Shown one piece after another: positions 1 through 11,991 of a DNA stretch of 64,000 nucleotides (positions are counted from its first letter, which is position 1; the number at the start of each line of letters is the position of its first letter). The notes under the pieces were generated by a model that had not been told where the DNA came from, did no database searches, and was given only the letters and a program-made list of their open reading frames with translations. Source of the DNA: Klebsormidium nitens (taxonomy: Eukaryota > Plantae > Klebsormidiophyceae); assembly GCA_000708835.1 (NCBI GenBank), contig DF237367.1:1-64000 (forward strand), read 5' to 3'. A program made the position numbers and the translations under genes.

Positions 1-26
1 GCCCCCCCGAGCCCCCCCGCTCCCTC
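1..26. repeat. Partial copy of the GC-rich dispersed repeat at 33554-33593
   Basis: GCCCCCCCGAGCCCCCCCGCTCCCTC vs GCCCCCACGAGCCCCCCCGCTTCCTC. Confidence 0.55.
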
Positions 27-1513
27 CTCTGGAGGTCTTAGCGTCGTTGCACGAAAGTGGACCATAATTGGCGCCGATGTGGATAGCTCTACGTACAGAT
101 CACTTTAAACGCTCACCGTCAGATCTTGCAAACTCAAGCGGTTGCTTTTGCCACCTGGCCCCTTCAAAATGGCTTCTGATTGGTTTAGGCAGGATCTGGT
201 TCAAGTTGCCGCGCCAAATTTTGGACGTATTCACATTTTGTAATGGTGTGTCGTGTTTCTGTTTTTTCCGTGGCGTCATGACAGGCTGTTCAGACCACAC
301 ATGTGAGAAGCTGAGTATGAGGCTGATGGTACAGACCGACTTGACACTTTTACCTCATTCTCTTTGCCTGTAAACCTTGAATAGGACCCCGTGTCAGACC
401 GGTGCATACCGCTTCGTTGGTTACTGCAGCTTCCGTGAACCTGCTCTTACTCCTCGATACGTGCGGGAATGGAAACGCGCAGCCTTCGCTTCTCGAGTCA
501 TGATTGACCCATTCACTGATTCAACTTCAGCATGCTCCCGGCAGACTGCCGTGCAGTGTTCACTGTTCAGGAATCAGGATCCACTCCAGGCTACCAGCCT
601 TTTGTATTCAGTGCGGTATCAATTCTATGTCAAGCTCACGGCTCACGGCTTGTTCGTTGTTTGCCCGGGTGACATATGGGGCTAGTTTGAACGTCAGCGG
701 TAACTTGGGTGTGGCGCTCCCTGACAAAATCCGGCCAGCACGTTAAACCCGAGTTGTTAAGTAATGGTTTGATTAAAAGCCCGGGGAATCGAGGCTAAAC
801 TCGCGTAAAATTGAAAATTCCAATGTAGAATCTGGACTCGGCCAGCCTCTGCCGCTTGCGTGCTCAAAGGTTCGCCCCAGGTATTAATTTGGAGCATTGC
901 ATGATGGCTGAAGGCCGAGATTGAGGGATGCACAACAGCACAACAGCACAACGGCTTCAACTTGCAAGTTTCAAAGCGCAGGGTGCACCTTGGGATGGCG
1001 TAAAGTTGCAGCTTGCAAGAGGCATTGCTTGGTCCTTTTGGAGCTCCTCTGGATGTTAGGGGCAGCTAAGAACAAGGAGCTACAGAGAGCAGAAAAGCAG
1101 CAGGAGGGCTGAGTTACATGCAGTGCCTATAACGGTTGTACGCAACATTCAGACCAAAACAGGCTGGACACGTTGCTGTAGGCAGGGGTTTGGTTCGGGG
1201 AACAATCGTGAATCATTCTGGAGGAGGTCACATTTTGCATAGCGTGGGGAAGCAGATATAGGTTTATTGTATCGTCAAAGTTCTTCCAATTTCCATTCTT
1301 CACCCCACAATTCAAGTACAGAGTCTGCTTTTCAACTAGTGCACAAGGGATTCTTAAGCAGCAACCAAGTGCTACACAAGACGAAAGCTGCCGTAAATAC
1401 CTTCGCCAAACCGTTCTGGAACACTCAGGTTGCACATTGCAAGCCAGGGCTGCACTCTAAAGCTCAAAGTCCAGGGGCAACCAAGTGATTGGGAGGTGAC
1501 AGCATAGAAGCGC

Positions 1514-4500
1514 ATGATGGACACTGACGGGCCTCCCAAGAGGGTGGTTCTGGCCCTGAGGGACACCAGTCAAGTCGAGAGTAGGGCGGCCCTTCATTGG
1601 GCCCTCAATACTTTGCCCGTACGCCCGGGCGTGGACTACGTGTTGCTCTTCCACGTGGTCAAGTGCATGAGGATCATTTCTGATGGAAGTAAGTGCGATG
1701 CTCGCAAAGGTTGCAGACTCCAGATATCTGAGTTCCTAGAGTCCCTCATAGCCTTCTGCGTTTTCTGTGCTGGAGGCCTCTTGTGTTTTGAGCCCCACGC
1801 TGAGGATTCTGGTCAGCACAGCATGTGGGAGTTTCGTCAATGTATGTGTTGACATTCTGGTCTTTTAAATGAAGTCACGGTGGACTGGACTGCAGCTTAT
1901 TGGGTTTGCTGACTCTGCTATGCATTGCTGTCGCTTTTCAAGAACGTGCTCGTTGATTTGCTGATTCTTTCTCTGAGCTATAATGGAACTCCCTAGCTCA
2001 ACTTCCAGAGTCGGTCCACTCCTTCAAGGAGTGAGATGATTGTTTGCAGTTCTTTCAAGGAGACAATTGTGCTTTGCATCGCCCTAGCATGGTGAAGGAA
2101 ACTGGGTCTGGCTTGAGCAGGGTCACTGACATCGCTCGTCCTGAAGAGAAAATATAGGGTGAGGGTCCTGAGTGGTACCATGAGAGATAGTTGAATGATT
2201 GAGTGGGTGGTGAGCACTTAGTGCCCCATAGTCGCATTATGGTTCTGTATTCTAGTTATGTGCTTAACCATTTTTGTCCCCCAAATCTGCACTACAGTCT
2301 GGGCTTCGTGGTTGCCTCCTTGAAAATTGTGTCTAAAGGTCAAAGAAAAAAGCGGCAACTCATTCAGTGGCGAAGACCAGAGAACAAATGCTTCCTATCA
2401 GCTGGGGTCTGCCTGTGCGGCAAGGATTCGATGCTGCTCGACCGTCTTTTGATGAAAACGTGAAAACGTTTGGGTTCCTGTTGTGATTGAGTTGCTAGGA
2501 CTGCGGATCCACCTTATGGTCACCTGATGGCGAGTCACTGTGGGGCACCAAAGCTAAGAACACTCTGTGTTAGGACACACTGGTCTGCGAAGCTTTAGGC
2601 TTCTTTTGACCTGCCACATTTTGATGTAGCAAATGTGTGACAGTAATAAGTGCGGCATATATTTCAGAAGTAGAAAAGAGGGGAAGCGTTTGAAAGAGTT
2701 GGGCTTCAATCCACAACCGCCGCCCATCGATGCAACATAAAAACCGGAAAAGATACGGCAGTGGATTGGAAAGGGGCACTGCAGTAGATTCTGCAAAGGG
2801 AAAAGCAACTAAAAGGTGTTTCCCTGCTTCTGCAAAATGATTGCACTTGCACCAAGTTCAATTAACTTCTCAGAAGCGTCACAATGTCTCAGCAATACCA
2901 GCGGGGAATCAACCTCATGACCAGCTCTACCAGAATCTCTGTGCAGCGCTCGCAGTCCTAGCTGTTTTTTGACCTACACTCTGCGAAGAGATACAAATAT
3001 TGACCCTGTGAACCTCGTAACAGTTGTCCATCCCCTTCAGCTCTCGGCCATAGCCTCGTACGAGCCGAAACTTTTCCCCTAGCTCTCCCTCCTAGACTCA
3101 CGGAATCTAGTTTATATAAACCCCTGCAGCTCTCGCTTCCTCCCTGTCTGGATTTGGTTCATCCCAGTCGCACAATAACCTCTCTCCTAACCCTTTCAAT
3201 TCCTTTTTCCTAACCTGGGTAAACCTCCTCTCCTAATCCTGAATTCCTCCCCGCCTAACCCAGTCACACAGTCCTCCCTGCAGGACTGGGCCTTCCCTAC
3301 GCCGCAGCCGGCCCGCACCTGCGGTCGAGCATCCGCCAGCTGGCGATGGTGGAAGGCGCGCGGGAGATGCACCACTACGTCCAAGTGTGCGCTCACAAAT
3401 ATGTAAGTTAGCCCTTCAATTATGTTTTGCGGATCCTTGTTAAGCACTCACAGGTCGGCTGTTGGTTGACAAGTCATTTGTTGGTTCTGTTGATTTTTTC
3501 AAGCGCTCATGATGTAGCTGACCCATTAGAGTTGGTTGAAGAATACACAGACTCTTCGGGGGCCCCTTCACAGGATCCAAACCCCACAAACTGGTTGGGT
3601 TTGGGTTCATTCTGCCCCGTCAAGTACACCTTCAACACAAGTAGTTTGCAGGATTTTGGTTCTTTGTGGCTCATTTGTTGGGCAACACGTTTTCAGTGCT
3701 CGTTGGGGACCATGAGCTTCGTAAATACAAACTCCTTGCTCAGTGCGATCAGCAGCTGTACTCTCAGTCAATTACCCGCTAACCACATTCGGTTAACCCC
3801 GCAGGTGCTGGCAGACGTTCAGCTGAGCTTTGGAGACCGGCTGCCGTCGATCGTACAAGCAGTAGAGGACTGCCAAGCGACGCACCTCATCATGGGCACA
3901 CGCAAGACTCGGGGCCACCTGAAACAGTGAGTCAAATTACAGAGTTTTTGCCCTCTTTAGACTGATACTGTTTAAGATTCATTGAAGTTGCTGGGTCCCT
4001 GCTTGGAGTATCTAGAAACATACATTTTTTGTTAACCCAACTCCTGCTGACGGAGTCCCCCATGGGGTTTCGATCAGCGGATATGACGGGCAGGTATATC
4101 CGCTGATCAGGTATTGGAGTGAGTGATTATAGTTACTTCCCTGGATCTGATGAAACTTCCCTTTTCTGCAACACATGCCGTTTGACCACAAGCTTCCCCC
4201 CCTTCAGAGATTTTTGGTGGACACGATATTGGTTCATATTTTTGACATTGTTCATTAGTACTGCCAAGGCAGACTCGATGTCCAGGTCGCAAAAGCTGCC
4301 CGGTGCGCTGTGTATTCTGTAAGCAGGCAGGCGGAGAATTGCTTGACATTCGGACATGAGCACGCAAGCTAACTATTGTGATTGGAAACCCAGTTCTCTT
4401 GTAAAAGTCTTCTTGTCTTACCATGTATCCCACCTGTTCAATCTGAAAGTTCGCTCTTTCAGCGAACTTTTGTAACCTTCACCTTTGTAAAGTGCGAAGC

Positions 4501-6675
4501 GGAAAGCGTTTGGATCACCGATTGATGTTTTCTTTCTCTGCTGAACAGCTGGCTTCTTCGAAGAGCACCATCTTTCGGGGTTCTTAATAACAGTCTGTTC
4601 TTTAAAAATTCCACTCTCGAGTACATTGAACTGCTTTCGCATTTATCTGTGCAGTCTCTGGAAGGGCACCCTCACCAACCGCTCCTTTATAAAAGGAGTG
4701 CAGATGTAGAGGAGTTCGCTCAGAACATCAATTTGACGATAATTTTCCTCTGATATTCTGCGCAGTCTCTGGAAGGGCACCCTCACCGACCGCGTCGCCA
4801 AGGCTGTCCGCTGTTCTGTGTTCCTGGTCAACCGACGGGCGCAGTTGGAGACGACGCACGTGTACAACGGAGAGAGGGGCCTCGTGGGCACGCACTTGGA
4901 CGGGTCGATGATTGTGCCCCCAGAAGCGAGCCCAAGGTGCCGTCTCATGATCACAAGGTGTGTGCTTCGCTCACAATTCAGAGTCTGCCTTTTGGCGATT
5001 TGCCATGTTTCAAGTCATTCTTTTGTGTTGTGGACCCAAGAATATCACAATCAATCCTAGCACAACCAATTCCCAAAGTTGCGAGTGACTGATGCATCTG
5101 AAATCTTTAAAGGTAGCAGTCCTGCCAAAGAACTCTACAGGGGGCAGCGAAAACAATCAGGAAGCCTGACAACTGTAAAATCAGACCAGAATCTGAAGAG
5201 CGGGGTCAAAGTATAGGACAGGGTGCATGATGAGACGGACGCACTTTGGAAACTGCGCAAATGTTTGAGGCACTTGCACCACGTGCTTCGAAAGTGCGAA
5301 AGCTCTGCTTGTACTTCCAACACTGTTACGAGAGGCTTACGGAATTTATCAGGAAGGGCTTCCACATACCCTGTCAAAGAAACGCAGGCAACGGACTGTT
5401 TGTTAGTCAAACGATTACCTACCTCTTCCATAGATGCATAGGGGTTCGTATTCTGACCTGGTCACTGGTAAACGCAGGTCGCGCGATGGGCCCACGTGGC
5501 AGCACCCCGGCGATGAGCTGTCCCCAGAAGCGATCACCGCCCGGGAGGACGCCGCTGCAAGGATCCAGTCCGAGGTGGACACCTGGAGGCGCAAGTGGGC
5601 GGCCACTCACAGTCTGCCACCTGGCAGCGCAGGGAGCAAAACTGGGGCGGTGGATGGGTCTAGAGAGCATGGCACAGACTGCGACAACGGGCAAACAGTT
5701 GAAGAGGAAACGCGTACAGCTGTTGCAAGCGATGGAACAGCTGGCAGTGGTGGGCCGACAGCTGGCGGCGGTAGTTTGACAGCTGGCGAAGCACAAGACC
5801 CGGGTCGGGCGATCCAGGCTGAGGGATCACTGGGGGGCAGTCAGAGATTTTGGGACGATGGGCTGGAAAGCGACGTGGAGGACGAGGAAGGCGTGCCATC
5901 GCTGTTCGTTTGCTGCATCAGCCAGGTGAGCGAATCAGCGCGCAAGTCACCCCGAGCAGAAGATTTTACTCGAGAGTTGCTTTGAGGCTTTGAGTGTGCA
6001 CAGCGGCTTCGCGATTCTAGGGACGAGCAGAGGAAGTCGCGATGAAATGTGCAGATCAAGCTTTGGCGTCAGAGGTTCCTGAGGTGCTTCTCTCTTGTCT
6101 GGGGGCACAGACTTCCTTGCTCGGACAATTTTCATTCACGTTAGGTAAACGAATTTTCGCTGCTCTTGAGGAAAATGCTTCTGCACAATATGCCGCCCCT
6201 GGTGGTCTCTTTCTGGCCTAGCAGCAGACTGAGAACCCTCATTATCAAGCCTTCAACCGTCCCGTTAGGGTTGTTACATCGATCGGGTAGAATCTTGTTC
6301 GAAGAGCAATGTTTGTAGGAGTCCGCCTGTTGACGACCGTTCAATCTTGCAAACCACTTCTCAGATAAGGTAGTCAGTCTGCGCTTGGACGCTTGGGAAA
6401 GCGGAGCCGTCCGGGTCGAGAAAATCTGGTTTTTGGAGTCTCGGTCTCAAATGACATTTTGGTTGCAGGACATCATGTCCGACCCGGTGATTGCGGCGGA
6501 TGGCAACACCTACGAGCGAACCCAAATTACGCAGTGGCTCAGGAGGAAAGCGACGTCACCTTTAACGAATCTGCCACTGTCTGATCGAGGCCTGATTCCT
6601 AACATTAGCCTCAAAGAGGCCATCAAGCAGTGGACGGAACACCGGCAGAGGTGCTTGCCTAGGGCTGGGGGATAA
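1514..6675 (+). CDS. USP (universal stress protein)-like domain + U-box E3 ubiquitin ligase, no kinase domain; 6 exons, about 415 aa
   Basis: Exons 1514-1688, 3284-3402, 3805-3926, 4766-4936 (or 4957), 5478-5925 and 6469-6675 join in phase through GT-AG introns. USP motifs: RVVLALRD..SRAALHWAL, IVQAVEDCQATHLIMGTR, GTLTDRVAKAVRCSVFLV. U-box: VPSLFVCCISQ|DIMSDPVIAADGNTYERTQITQWLRRKATSPLTNLPL...LIPNISLKEAIKQW. Confidence 0.88.
4072..4108. other. Perfect 13-bp inverted repeat (hairpin) in intron 3 of the U-box gene
   Basis: GATCAGCGGATAT - 11 nt loop - ATATCCGCTGATC. Confidence 0.7.
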
Positions 6676-7608
6676 TGTTGCGCTTTGCACCTTGGTGGGA
6701 AGTGGTGTTGGTGCAAGTGTTTTGTATGTGCTGATCAGCACGCTTGTAAATACCTAGTACATTTGAGACCAAACGGCCTCACCTACGATAGTTCCTAGGA
6801 CGCCAACAGAGTGAGTTGCTGCCGGTTTTGCTCGTAATGAGTAGAACGAGTGGGATTGCGGTTTGCTTGTTGTCACAGCCCTACTGAGAAGTACCGCTGC
6901 CTGTTGAATAATCATTGAGGCAACAAGTTAGTGCATACAACGCTACAAGATTTCAGTAGGTGTTTTTAGCTCGATCAATCCAGGGATCATGTCTCTTCAC
7001 GGAAGACTACGCTGCCTATATTTGCTCCTTGTCAGACTGAGAATTTGAGTAATCAGGCGCTTACAGAATTGTATACTGTTCGAGTCCATATCGTCCAATG
7101 CAGTGCATTGGATATGTTTCCCTAGCTGTAAATCTGCAGATTTGCGAGACTCTTTCTTGGGCTGAGGTGTCACAGCGACGCAAGATTGAAAGCGTTGTAA
7201 TGCTGGCATGCAGGTTGTTTGTGACTCAGCTAGAACAGCCTGAGTCACGCCCGGTCCAGTTACGACATCACCATATTCTGCCGATCTTCAATTGTTGAGT
7301 TTGATGACAATTGCATTGCCTAGTCACATGTGGCCGTTCACCACATATCGGAACAATATTAAGGCATTATTGGATGAACTTTGGAAAGGTCAAACGTGTG
7401 CCCATATCAAGAATTCCGCCTCTAGGGTAATCATTCTAATTAGCATTGACTCGATTATATGCCTTCAATCACTTGACTAAGGGGCCTGTGACATGCGACA
7501 GCCCGGACGAAAGATGGTGCAGAATGATCTCCGGCACAGTACCAACGACCGGTTGAGTTGTGCTCACTTACTACTAACTCGAACTCCTATTATCCACAAT
7601 TTCTTCTC

Positions 7609-10600
7609 TCACTTCTTTTCCTCTACCTTACCAGCGTTCAGCTTTCTCTGTCGTATATGGACTTTGACCGTGATTTCATTTGTGGGCCCAACATAACAGC
7701 TCGGCTTTCTTGCGTCCTCCCACGACATCTTGAGTGCATCGGCTCGACCATAACCCTCTCCCTCATTTTTGAGCTCGTATGCCGGTACGCTGTTTATGTT
7801 TTTCCAGTAGCCTGTCGGCCAAACGCGGACATACAATGCAAAATCCACCCTGGTTGGTGGCATTGTGCCCTCGTCCCCTGGCAATCCCCTCGATACCAAG
7901 AACATTCCAACAGTCGGCGGATCTTGCCTCGGATCCTTTTGTACGTCGATATGCCAACGCTTGCCGATACACACTGCACTTGGTGAGCTCTGACGAGCAC
8001 CAGCCTCGTCTAGAGTAAAGTTGCACAAGATCTCGACTTGTCTGCCTTGACCACCAGTCCTTGGTTGGGTGGAAAGATCTTCCGACTTCAGCTTCTCAAC
8101 ATCCGAAAACGCCTGGAAGTAGAGCCCCGCCCTGACACGCTCCTGCGTTTCGGGAAGGGCCATCTCCGAAAGCGGTAGCACTGACCTCAGCAGAAACTCC
8201 CCCTTCATGAGGCCAAACCGCAGGTGCTGAGACAGTTCGTTCATGGCCCCTTGCCTCTGTGCCATTCCATCGAAGTTATTTCTGACCCAGACCAAAACCG
8301 CCGAGAATATCTCCTCCTCCGACGCGGCATCGAGCTCCTCGGACTGTAACAAGGAGCTGACCACGTTCTGTCCTAGTGTCAGGAACTCGAGCGACTCGGA
8401 CCAGGTTTCCACGTCTTGGAAGGTATCCACAACATGCGCACGCGCCTTGGAAACCAACGCCTTGATCTCTGGGTATAGCTCTAGGGCGTCCGGAACTTCT
8501 AGTGCCAGAACGACGTCGTCCGAAACTGTCCGTTTGCGGTTGGTCACCGCCGTAAGAACGGCCCCCATCAGAGACCCGACCCCGAATTTGTCACCCACGA
8601 TGAGCAGGTCTACCAGGGCGCGAATGCTGGCGTCCGGTTGCAGGAATGCGGGGGACAGACTGCCGACGTAGATGAATTGGAGCAGCTCCTTGAAAGCCAA
8701 CTTTTCTGCAGAACCGGAGGACGGATCTGTTTCCCTATTAGTGATCCTTGAAACTAGGGTGATAGAAGGCGCGGATCATAGACTGTTCCGAACATTATCC
8801 TAGGGCAGAGCGGACGTCTGAATTGGATAATTACGTACAATCTCTTGAACATGCAGCCGTAAAGCAGTCTTTGCCCAAGACTAACAAATCGGAAGCTGAC
8901 GTAGTCAGAACCGGAACAGATGATTGCACTAAATAGTTCTGACCGTCTGTTGTCACCCTCCGAGCTTCCAGAGCCTTTTGCATCAAACATTAGTCTTCAG
9001 TGCTCACTCCCTTCTTTCTAGGTGCAAACGTTGACTCTAAAAGCCCAAAGCGTGATGCAATTCAGAAACAGAACCTAGCTTCCGCAGTAACAGATCATGG
9101 CACCCCGATCTTTCCTTCCCATTTCGCCCACAAGCCAGCAAGACCTCCTCCGGCAAGAAGAAGACTGGCTGATACACCTCGCAAGTACTTCATGCACCTT
9201 GCAACCATCCTATGCACTTCAAACACACCCTGAAAGCACAGCTCGCTCAAATCACGAAGGCATCACCACAGTCTCACCCTCAGGCGTAACCTTGAGCACC
9301 ACCGGCGCGCTCTTGTCCGACTCCTTCATCCCATTGGACAGCATCGTCCGAAGCACGCAGCTCTTGGCGGCGAGCACGATCGAGTTCACTGGGATCTCCT
9401 CCACCCACGCCTCTTCCTCTTCTGAGGCCGCTCGACCCTCCTCTGAGTCTCCTGCCTCGTTCTCGAGGATCCCTAGGGCCTCTTCGTAATTTTCCTCCTC
9501 TCCTGGCTGCTCTTCCGAGCTCCCTGATCCGGCCTCCTCTTTCTCTGAAGCCTCCTCTTCTCCTTTCTCGACCCCGGTCTTCACCTCTGCTTCCTGAGCT
9601 TTCTCCATAAACTCCTCCGAGTCCCCCTGCCGCGTCCCAGTGTCCTTCTTTGATCCTTCGACTGCCTCTCCCAGGGGGTTGGAGGCCTCCTCTGAAGCTC
9701 CGCCCTTGTCCTCAGGAACCCCGGCCGCTGATCGGTCCCTATTCTCGTTCACCTTGACAGCCTTCCATGTCAGAAACCTCGTCGCTTCTCGATCCATGAA
9801 CTGCACGAAAAGGAACGCACTGTTAGACTTCTGGTTCTGCAACATCGTGGGAATTCGAAATTGAGAATCGAAAAGGCGGACCATCATTGTTAACAGGCCA
9901 GTTTCTGAACATTTCGTTTGCGAGAGCAGTGTAATCGCTCTCGCCTCTTTCTTGTTCAGATTGCATGTCCCCTGGACTGTTGTGGGAGTGCGCTAAAACT
10001 AGGGCCACAAACAATCCCAAGACGCCTCAAAGGAATCATGGCACGACTGTGAGATGTTTGTTTTCTGCGTTTACAAGCCGGTTCGAGTTTTCGAGAGTAT
10101 TTGTTTGGGCACAATGATAAGGAAATGTATCTTGCTAATGTTGAATCTCACACTCTTATTCTTCCAGGAATGAGAATTATACATCCTGTGGATGCTGCTG
10201 GTTCCACTGCATGCTGACGGCATGAGCACAATAGAGCAAGCAACATGGTCTGAACCTTCCGTGAGTTATTCCTTGTTATGTCTGCAGTGAGAAAGTGTCA
10301 GAGAATGGGGGATGATGAGAGTTGATTAGAGTGAAGCAAGAGACATTTAATGGCTACGTGGCTTACTCTTCCTACACTCTTCCAGAATCTCCAGCCGAAT
10401 GCTTCGGTCGCAAAACTCTACTTTCCTGCAAGAAGCAGAAATACACACTATCAGGTCAATGCTATGGATACTCTTGCAGCCAACGAGAAGATAGCAATCA
10501 AAGTCTTCCAGTCTTAGTGTTGCCAAGTATACTCCTGTGCAAGTCCACTAAATTGATGCAGGTGCATTGAAGAAGTACATAGGTTCTATCGATGAAGATA

Positions 10601-10943
10601 GTCTAAGCTAAAGCCAGCGAGCCTTTGATCAGACGATGTGCAGGACAGTTTGCAGTCCTTCCAGAGTCTCATGTCCTGATGCCACCCTCAAGTCCGGGCT
10701 CTCTTAGAAGCATTCTGCACAGACTTTTCTGCAATATCGATCAGAAGCTGTATGATTGCTACAATCACTTTCAAGGTCACCAACTTGGAAACTTTACTAA
10801 AGGCAACGACCAGTGTTTGACAGTAGCTGTGGTTGCGGACGCCAGAACTCTGCTCACTTGTAGAATGCGATGAAGTCAAAGAAGTGCGCATCCTCGTCCA
10901 GTTTCATGGGCCGCCACGAGGGGGCCCCCTCGCTGGTCTCCAT
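7609..10943 (-). CDS. BTB/POZ-BACK protein with C-terminal MATH/TRAF-like domain (LRB/POB1-like CUL3 adaptor), paralog A
   Basis: Exons 10943-10858 (METSEG..LDEDAHFFDFIAFYK), 10425-10367 (KVEFCDRSIRLEILEE), about 9727-9278 (acidic insert + IPVNSIVLAAKSCVLRTMLSNGMKES; acceptor position uncertain) and 8705-7609 (EKLAFKELLQFIY..LIVGDKF..BACK LLQSEELDAASEEEIFSAVLVWV..C-terminal beta-rich domain). Intron phases 2,1,1. Confidence 0.88.
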
Positions 10944-11991
10944 GGTCCAATCTAGATGCCAGCCCTTGTTTCCTACTCGGAACAGGCGCCAAAAGGAAAA
11001 GGAGTCCCAGCAATGCAGTTGCTTCTCTCTTGGACTAGCACGCTGCTGTGACTAAATGCAGCACTGCCCGTGCTGTTTAGTCGAGCGACAATGTCATTCC
11101 ATGGATCAGAAACCAGCTTTTTCGGGGAAATGAGAACCCGGGAATAACACAGCAAAGAGCAACAAAAGGGCGCCAGTTCTCCCGTGCTTCTGCCACTGCT
11201 GGACCTTGCCGAATTGCTTGTCCAGGACCTGAATTTGCGCCCTCAATCTGCAGCACAAGCCTTGACATGTCAAGGGCCACCGCACTTGATCAACAAGCAC
11301 GGGTCGACAACATATTTTCAGCCACTTAGGTAATTCAGAAAATGGATCTACCGTATTTGGTGACAACCTGCGCAGACGACAAAACTGCCGTGCATTCAAA
11401 ACGGTACATGTGAGTTCAAGTGTGATCAGACGCCTAGGACGTTCGGGTGCCGTTCAGGAAACCGTTGTGTTTGCTGCGTTTCGCGCCTTCTGATTTGAAA
11501 AAATTGGAAGTAAATTGCGCGGATATTCGCGAGTTTTCTGATTGTCCAGCTACTGTAGCAGCGAACAAAGGTCCAGGCAGGAAGGTAGGGACAGCATGCA
11601 TTGGAAGGCGGACCAGCTAGCAACGGGAACAGCTAGGTATCTCCAGGTTCCTTGAGAGGATGTACCCTAGGGCCTAGGTGTTTCAGCCGCTTGGAAAATT
11701 AGCCAAACCGCTATCGATTTGAAAGAGGCTTGGCACAGCGACCGTTTACGGCTTGGCACAGGGAGCGGACGTCGTAACGGCATCCTCTATCAGCAACTTC
11801 TCAGCGGGGGCATCTTCTTTGCCCCCGCTGCCAGAGAAGAAGCCCTAAACCCGTGCATCTATAGACCGATCTGAGCAGCATCAAGCACAGGCTGGCTCAA
11901 TGTACCCTGAGCTTTGACTTCAATAAGGAGGAGCTCATGACTTCCTCAGTAGCCAGCGGTCTCTCTGCGGTGTAGTTTATGACCAGACCAG

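Noticed and set aside
1689-3283. Additional exons or a nested gene in the long first intron of the U-box gene
   Set aside because: Exons 1 and 2 join in phase into a coherent USP domain, and the short internal ORFs show no motifs.
11260-11275. Palindrome as a SOG1 (CTT-N7-AAG) or p53-type site
   Set aside because: The spacing is N8, not N7, and it does not fit RRRCWWGYYY.
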